From NCBI GenBank assembly GCA_030849285.1, contig CP102982.1, positions 1 to 32,000 of the forward strand: a stretch of DNA of 32,000 nt. The letters run 5' to 3'. Position 1 is the stretch's first letter, and each line of letters opens with the position of its first letter. Shown in pieces: positions 27,073 through 32,000 of this stretch. This DNA is from Candidatus Saccharimonadota bacterium. Its GTDB lineage: Bacteria > Pseudomonadota > Gammaproteobacteria > Enterobacterales > Enterobacteriaceae_A. Below the pieces are notes generated by a model. That model searched no databases, was not told the origin of the DNA, and saw nothing but the letters and a program-made list of their open reading frames with translations. Position numbers and translations under genes: made by a program.

Positions 27073-28665
27073 TTGAATATAAAACGTAAATTAATTTTAA
27101 TATTTTTATTTTTTGGTTTTTTAATTATATTTGGATTATTTAGAAATAATAAAATTCAAAAAAAATATTTTTATAAAAATCAAAATAATAATATTATTAA
27201 TATAAATTATAATGAAATTATTAAAAATAAAACTAAAGAATATAAAAAAATTAAAATTAAAACTGATTTAATGTATTTAACTATTAATACTAATGGTGGT
27301 ATAATAGAAGAAGTAAAATTATTAAAATATAAAAAAAAAATAAATTCACAAAAATCAATTAAACTTTTAAAAACAACTAATTCTTTCATTTATCAAATTA
27401 AAAATAATTTAATAAAAAAAAAAAATTTATTTAATAATAAAAATAAAATAATGAACCCAAAATTTAGAGTTGAAAAAAAATATTATTCAATAAATAATAA
27501 TAAAAAATATATATCAATTCCTATGTATTATAAAGATAAAAATAATAATATTTTAATTAAAACTTTAATATTAAAAAATAATAGTTATGAAATTAAAATA
27601 ATTAATACTTTCATAAATAATAATATAATTCCTATAAAATTAAGTTCTTATGGTCAAATTAAACAAACAATAAATTTAACTAATGAAAATAAAAAGGATA
27701 TTATTAATAATAAAAATAGAAATATAGCATATTCTTCAGATTCTGAAAAATACAAACAAATATCTTTTAAAGATAATATTAATTTAAATATAAATACTAA
27801 AAATGGTTGGATTGCAATGTTACAAAAATATTTTACAACAGCGATAATTCCAATTAATAAAACAAATAATATTTTTTATACTGAAAAATTAAATAATAAA
27901 ATATATATAATTGGTTATCAATCAAATTCAATAAATATTAAACCATTTGAAACAAATAGTTTTAAATTATCTTTATGGGTTGGTCCTAAATTACAAAATG
28001 ATATGGAAAAAATATCACCATATTTAAGTTTAACTATAAATTATGGTTTTTTATGGTTTATATCTAAACCTTTATTTAAAATATTAAATTTCATATATAA
28101 AATTTCAGGTAATTGGGGTTTTTCAATAATATTAATAACATTATTTTTACGTTTTATATTATATCCAATATCAAAATTTCAATATATTTATATAAAAAAA
28201 ATAAATTTATTAAATCCTAAAATAAAAAAAATAAAAAAAATAAATAAATATAATAAAGAAATATTAAATAAAGAAATATTAAAATTATATAAAAAAGAAA
28301 AAATTAATCCATTATTAGGTTTAATACCTGTATTTATTCAAATGCCAATATTTTTATCATTATATAATATATTAATAGAATCTATTGAATTAAGACATTC
28401 AAAATTTATTTTTTGGATACATGACCTTTCTTCTAAAGACCCATATTATATATTACCAATATTATTAATAATAACAATGTATTATATACAAAAAATATCT
28501 CCAGTAATTATAGATAATTCATTACAAAAAAAAATTATGTATTTAATTCCATTCTTTTATGGTATTTTTTTTCTTTGGTTTCCTTCTGGTTTAATTATTT
28601 ATTATATAGTAAATAATATTTTTATTATTTTTCAACAAAAAAATATATATAAAAAAAAATTTTAA
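27073..28665 (+). CDS. yidC: Membrane protein insertase YidC
   Basis: 530 aa with a TTG start. N-terminal TM [38 protein letters not shown] matches E. coli [20 protein letters not shown]. The C-terminal TM bundle is retained and the periplasmic domain is highly degenerate. Confidence 0.94.
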   Translation: [530 protein letters not shown]

Positions 28666-28695
28666 AATTTAAATATTATATTTAAAAATAAAATT

Positions 28696-30057
28696 ATGAA
28701 AAATAAAGATACAATTATAGCTCAAGCAACTCCAATAGGTAGAGGTGGAATTGGAATTATTAGAATTTCTGGTTTAAATACTAAAAAAATAACTTATTCA
28801 ATATTAAAAAAAATACCAAAACCACGTTATGCTAGTTATTTACCATTTTATGATTATAATAATAATATTTTAGATAAAGGAATTGCAATATGGTTTCCAA
28901 AACCTAATTCTTTTACTGGTGAAGATGTTTTAGAATTACACGGACATGGAGGACCTATTATTATTAATTTATTAATTGAAAATATTTTAAAAAAAAATAA
29001 AATTAGAATAGCACATCCAGGCGAATTTTTAGAACGTGCTTTTTTAAATAATAAAATAGATTTAATTCAAGCTGAAGCTATTTCTGATTTAATTAATTCT
29101 AATTCTATATTATCAACAAAATTAGCAATATATTCATTAAAAGGGCAATTTTCTATTAAAATTAACAATATTATTAAATTAATTAATAATTTAAGAGTAA
29201 AATTAGAAGCTCAAATAAATTTTTTTGAAAATAATATTAATATATTAAAAAAAAATAAAATTAAAAAAATTTTAAATATTATAATTAATAATATTAATAA
29301 TATTTTAAATAAATCAAAAATAAATTATAATATTTGTGAAGGTATAAAAATCATAATAATAGGTTTACCAAATGTAGGTAAATCAAGTTTAATTAATATT
29401 TTAAGTGGAGAAAAAGTTTCTATTGTAAATAAATTAATTGGTACTACAAGAGATATTTTAAAAAAAAATATTCAAATTAATAATATTCAATTAAATATTA
29501 TTGATACTACAGGTTTACGTAAAACTAAAAATGAAATAGAAAAAATTGGAATTAAAAAAACAATAAATGAAATTAAAAAATCAAATCATTTATTATTTTT
29601 AATAAATTCTAAAAAAAAAAAAAATTTCTTAAATTTAAAATATGATTTTATTAAAAAAATTCCTAATAATTTATTAATTACAGTTATAAGAAATAAAATT
29701 GATTTAACAAAAGAATTACCAGGTATATTTTTATTAAAAAATTATACATTAATATGTTTATCTTTACTTAACTTAAATGGTATTAATTTATTAAAAGATT
29801 ATATTAAAAATAAAATATGTTTAAATAATAATTTTATAGAAGGAGTATTTTCATCTCGTTTAAGACATTTAGAGTTATTAAAAAAAACAAAATATTATTT
29901 AATAAAATCTAAAAAAAAATTAAAATATACATTTTATGAAGAATTATTAGCTGAAAATTTAAAATTAGCTAATAATGAATTAAATAAAATTATTGGTATT
30001 AAAAAAACAAAAAATATTATAAATGAAATTTTTTCAACTTTTTGTATTGGTAAATAA
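28696..30057 (+). CDS. mnmE: tRNA modification GTPase MnmE (TrmE)
   Basis: 453 aa. TIIAQATPIGRGGIGIIRISG, G1 GLPNVGKSSLIN, DTTGLR, and the C-terminal CIGK motif. Confidence 0.96.
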   Translation: MKNKDTIIAQATPIGRGGIGIIRISGLNTKKITYSILKKIPKPRYASYLPFYDYNNNILDKGIAIWFPKPNSFTGEDVLELHGHGGPIIINLLIENILKKNKIRIAHPGEFLERAFLNNKIDLIQAEAISDLINSNSILSTKLAIYSLKGQFSIKINNIIKLINNLRVKLEAQINFFENNINILKKNKIKKILNIIINNINNILNKSKINYNICEGIKIIIIGLPNVGKSSLINILSGEKVSIVNKLIGTTRDILKKNIQINNIQLNIIDTTGLRKTKNEIEKIGIKKTINEIKKSNHLLFLINSKKKKNFLNLKYDFIKKIPNNLLITVIRNKIDLTKELPGIFLLKNYTLICLSLLNLNGINLLKDYIKNKICLNNNFIEGVFSSRLRHLELLKKTKYYLIKSKKKLKYTFYEELLAENLKLANNELNKIIGIKKTKNIINEIFSTFCIGK

Positions 30058-30141
30058 TTAATTTATTATTTAAATTAAAATTATTTTTAAAATTAACAAT
30101 TTATCTTTAATTAATTTATATATATATTTTAAAAAATAAAA

Positions 30142-30840
30142 TTGTTAAATTTCGAAAAAAATTTTAAAAATAATGGGGTTATTATTAATATAAATAATCT
30201 ATTAGAATTTAATTCACCAATTGATCGTGTTAGAAATGCTATAAAATCATTAAAAAAAAAAAAAGGGGTGATATTATTAGATGATAAAAATAGAGAAAAT
30301 GAATGTGATATTATTTTTGCTGCTGAAAATATGACAATTAATCAAATGGCTTTAACAATACATCATGGTAGCGGAATTGTATGTCTTTGCATTACCGAAA
30401 AACTAAGAAAAAAATTATCATTACCAATGATGGTTATAAATAATTCAAGTAAATTTAAAACACCATTTACTATAAGTATAGAATCAAATAAAAATGTAAC
30501 AACAGGTGTTTCAGCTAATGATCGAATTAATACAATACGTAGTATTACATTTAATAATATTAAATCTATTAATTTTAATAAACCTGGACATGTTTTCCCT
30601 TTATGTTCACAACCTGGTGGATTATTAATACGCAAAGGACATACTGAAGCTACAATTGAATTATTATCTTTTGCAAAATTTAAAAAAATCGGGGTACTTT
30701 GTGAATTAACTAATAAAGATGGAAGTATGTCTAAATTATTTGAAATAATAAATTTTTCCAAAAAACATGATATACCAATATTAACTATAGAAGATATTAT
30801 ATTTTATATTTATTATAAAAATAATAAAATAAAATTTTAA
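30142..30840 (+). CDS. ribB: 3,4-dihydroxy-2-butanone 4-phosphate synthase
   Basis: 232 aa from a TTG start; the exact start is uncertain, as the homologous region begins near SPIDRVRNAI. LDDKNRENECDIIF, IHHGSGIVCLCIT, PGHVFPL and GHTEATIEL are colinear with E. coli RibB. Confidence 0.92.
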   Translation: MLNFEKNFKNNGVIININNLLEFNSPIDRVRNAIKSLKKKKGVILLDDKNRENECDIIFAAENMTINQMALTIHHGSGIVCLCITEKLRKKLSLPMMVINNSSKFKTPFTISIESNKNVTTGVSANDRINTIRSITFNNIKSINFNKPGHVFPLCSQPGGLLIRKGHTEATIELLSFAKFKKIGVLCELTNKDGSMSKLFEIINFSKKHDIPILTIEDIIFYIYYKNNKIKF

Positions 30841-30947
30841 TTATATTATTTAAATAAATTTGAATTTAATATAAATATTATATATAATATATTTATTTTA
30901 AAAAAAATATAATAAATAATTTTAATAATAATTTATAAATTTTTAAA

Positions 30948-31385
30948 ATGTTACTATTAAAATTAATTTACTATCCTAATATATTATTAAGACAAAAAAC
31001 AAAATCAGTTAATAAAATAAATTTTAAAGTTAAAAACATTATATATAATATGTTTAAAGTAATGTATTTAAATAAAGGAATAGGTTTAGCAGCAACTCAA
31101 ATTGGTATAAATAAAAAAATATTTATAATTGATATTTTTCAAAATAAAAAAAGAGTTTTTATTAATCCAAAAATTTTAAAAAAAAAGGGGAAAATTTATT
31201 TCAAAGAAGGTTGTTTATCTATTCCAGGTGTATTTAATATCATAAAACGTTATTCATATATTAAAATTTTAGCTTTAAATAAAAAAAATAATTTTTTTAA
31301 ATTAAAGACTAAAGGTATTGAAGCTGTATGTATTCAACATGAAATAGACCATTTAAATGGTAAATTATTTATTGATTATTTATAA
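30948..31385 (+). CDS. def: Peptide deformylase (short form, 145 aa)
   Basis: All three PDF motifs are present: GIGLAATQIG, EGCLSIPG, QHEIDHLNG. Confidence 0.93.
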   Translation: MLLLKLIYYPNILLRQKTKSVNKINFKVKNIIYNMFKVMYLNKGIGLAATQIGINKKIFIIDIFQNKKRVFINPKILKKKGKIYFKEGCLSIPGVFNIIKRYSYIKILALNKKNNFFKLKTKGIEAVCIQHEIDHLNGKLFIDYL

Positions 31386-31408
31386 TATAATTAATAATTT
31401 ATAAAATA

Positions 31409-32000
31409 TTAAAAATCTATCATATTTGGTGTTCTAGGATATGGTATAACATCACGAATGTTATTTAATCCTGTTATATAACTTAAAATACGTTCAAATC
31501 CCAAACCAAAACCAGCATGAGGTATAGTTCCATATTTTCGTATATCTCTATACCACCAATATTTTTTTTTAACTAATTTTGATTCTTTTATTCTTTTATC
31601 TAATATATTTATACAATCTTCACGTTGTGATCCCCCAATTATTTCACCTACTTTAGGTACTAATATATCCATATTAGATACAGTTTTACAATTTTTATTA
31701 ATTTTCATATAAAAAGATTTAATATTTTTAGGATAATTTTTAATTATAACAGGACCATTAAAATATTTTTCGCATAAATAATGTTCATGTTCTGATAATA
31801 TATCCATACCCCATTTTACTGGAAATTTGAAATTTATTTTTGATCTTAATAAAATTTTAATTGCTTCAGTATAATTAATTTGTTCAAATTTATAATATAA
31901 AAATTTAATTAAATAATTTATATTTTTTTTATTATGTAAAAAAAATAAATCATCATTTCTTTTATTTAAAACTATTTTTAAAATATATTTTAACATATTT
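31409..32000 (-). CDS. asnS: Asparagine--tRNA ligase, C-terminal part (the gene continues beyond the window end)
   Basis: Class II motif 3 region HAGFGLGFERIL. The C-terminus RDVIPYPRTPNMIDF parallels E. coli AsnRS RDVIPFPRTPRNASF. The M at 31996 on the track is an internal residue. Confidence 0.9.
   Translation of the reverse strand, partial: NMLKYILKIVLNKRNDDLFFLHNKKNINYLIKFLYYKFEQINYTEAIKILLRSKINFKFPVKWGMDILSEHEHYLCEKYFNGPVIIKNYPKNIKSFYMKINKNCKTVSNMDILVPKVGEIIGGSQREDCINILDKRIKESKLVKKKYWWYRDIRKYGTIPHAGFGLGFERILSYITGLNNIRDVIPYPRTPNMIDF

Noticed and set aside
27207-27389. 60-aa ORF antisense to yidC
   Set aside because: A shadow ORF within the yidC periplasmic-domain region, with a low-complexity product.
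30363-30761. 132-aa ORF antisense to ribB, the longest antisense ORF in the window
   Set aside because: It exactly overlaps the conserved catalytic core of ribB, where the relative G+C richness suppresses antisense stops. There is no motif, start context or homology I can recognise.

Overview
This window is extremely A+T-rich (by eye well under 20% G+C outside a few conserved genes; not computed) and gene-dense. It reads as part of a strongly reduced gammaproteobacterial obligate endosymbiont chromosome. The tRNAs, CspC and GroEL are close to E. coli as I recall those sequences, so it looks Enterobacterales-like. Standard code 11 fits: every conserved protein reads through without an internal TGA.

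Every long ORF on the track can be assigned. I also found three short ribosomal-protein genes missing from the track (rpmF, rpmG, rpmH) and five tRNAs.

The content is pure housekeeping:
- Replication: dnaX, holB
- Translation and RNA modification: infB, rbfA, rpsO, valS, asnS, def, rpmB/F/G/H, mnmG, mnmE, rluC
- Chaperones: groES, groL, grpE
- RNA processing: pnp, rnpA
- Membrane insertion: yidC and a probable secG
- Redox: peroxiredoxin, ndh, erpA
- Other: cspC, fabV, rpe, greA, obg, and three riboflavin genes (ribD, ribH, ribB)

I see no mobile element, CRISPR array, restriction, toxin-antitoxin or other defence-like locus, and no cluster of unassignable genes. I therefore do not find a candidate novel multi-gene system here.

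What is worth a second look are reductive-evolution oddities:
- Conserved ribD N-terminal coding sequence lies upstream of the first canonical start codon.
- A perfect (AATTT)9 microsatellite sits between tRNA-Val and cspC.
- Very long in-frame A/T homopolymers occur inside essential genes (A18 in mnmG, two A15 in infB, A15 in rpmB).
- A single TGA stop (valS) stands against TAA at every other gene end.
- FabV is present rather than FabI.
- nusA, truB, nusB, fmt, yidD and dnaA are missing from their conserved slots.
- All five tRNA genes lack an encoded CCA.
- A/T-only homopolymer palindromes occur at gene boundaries, alongside two rare G+C-containing terminator hairpins.
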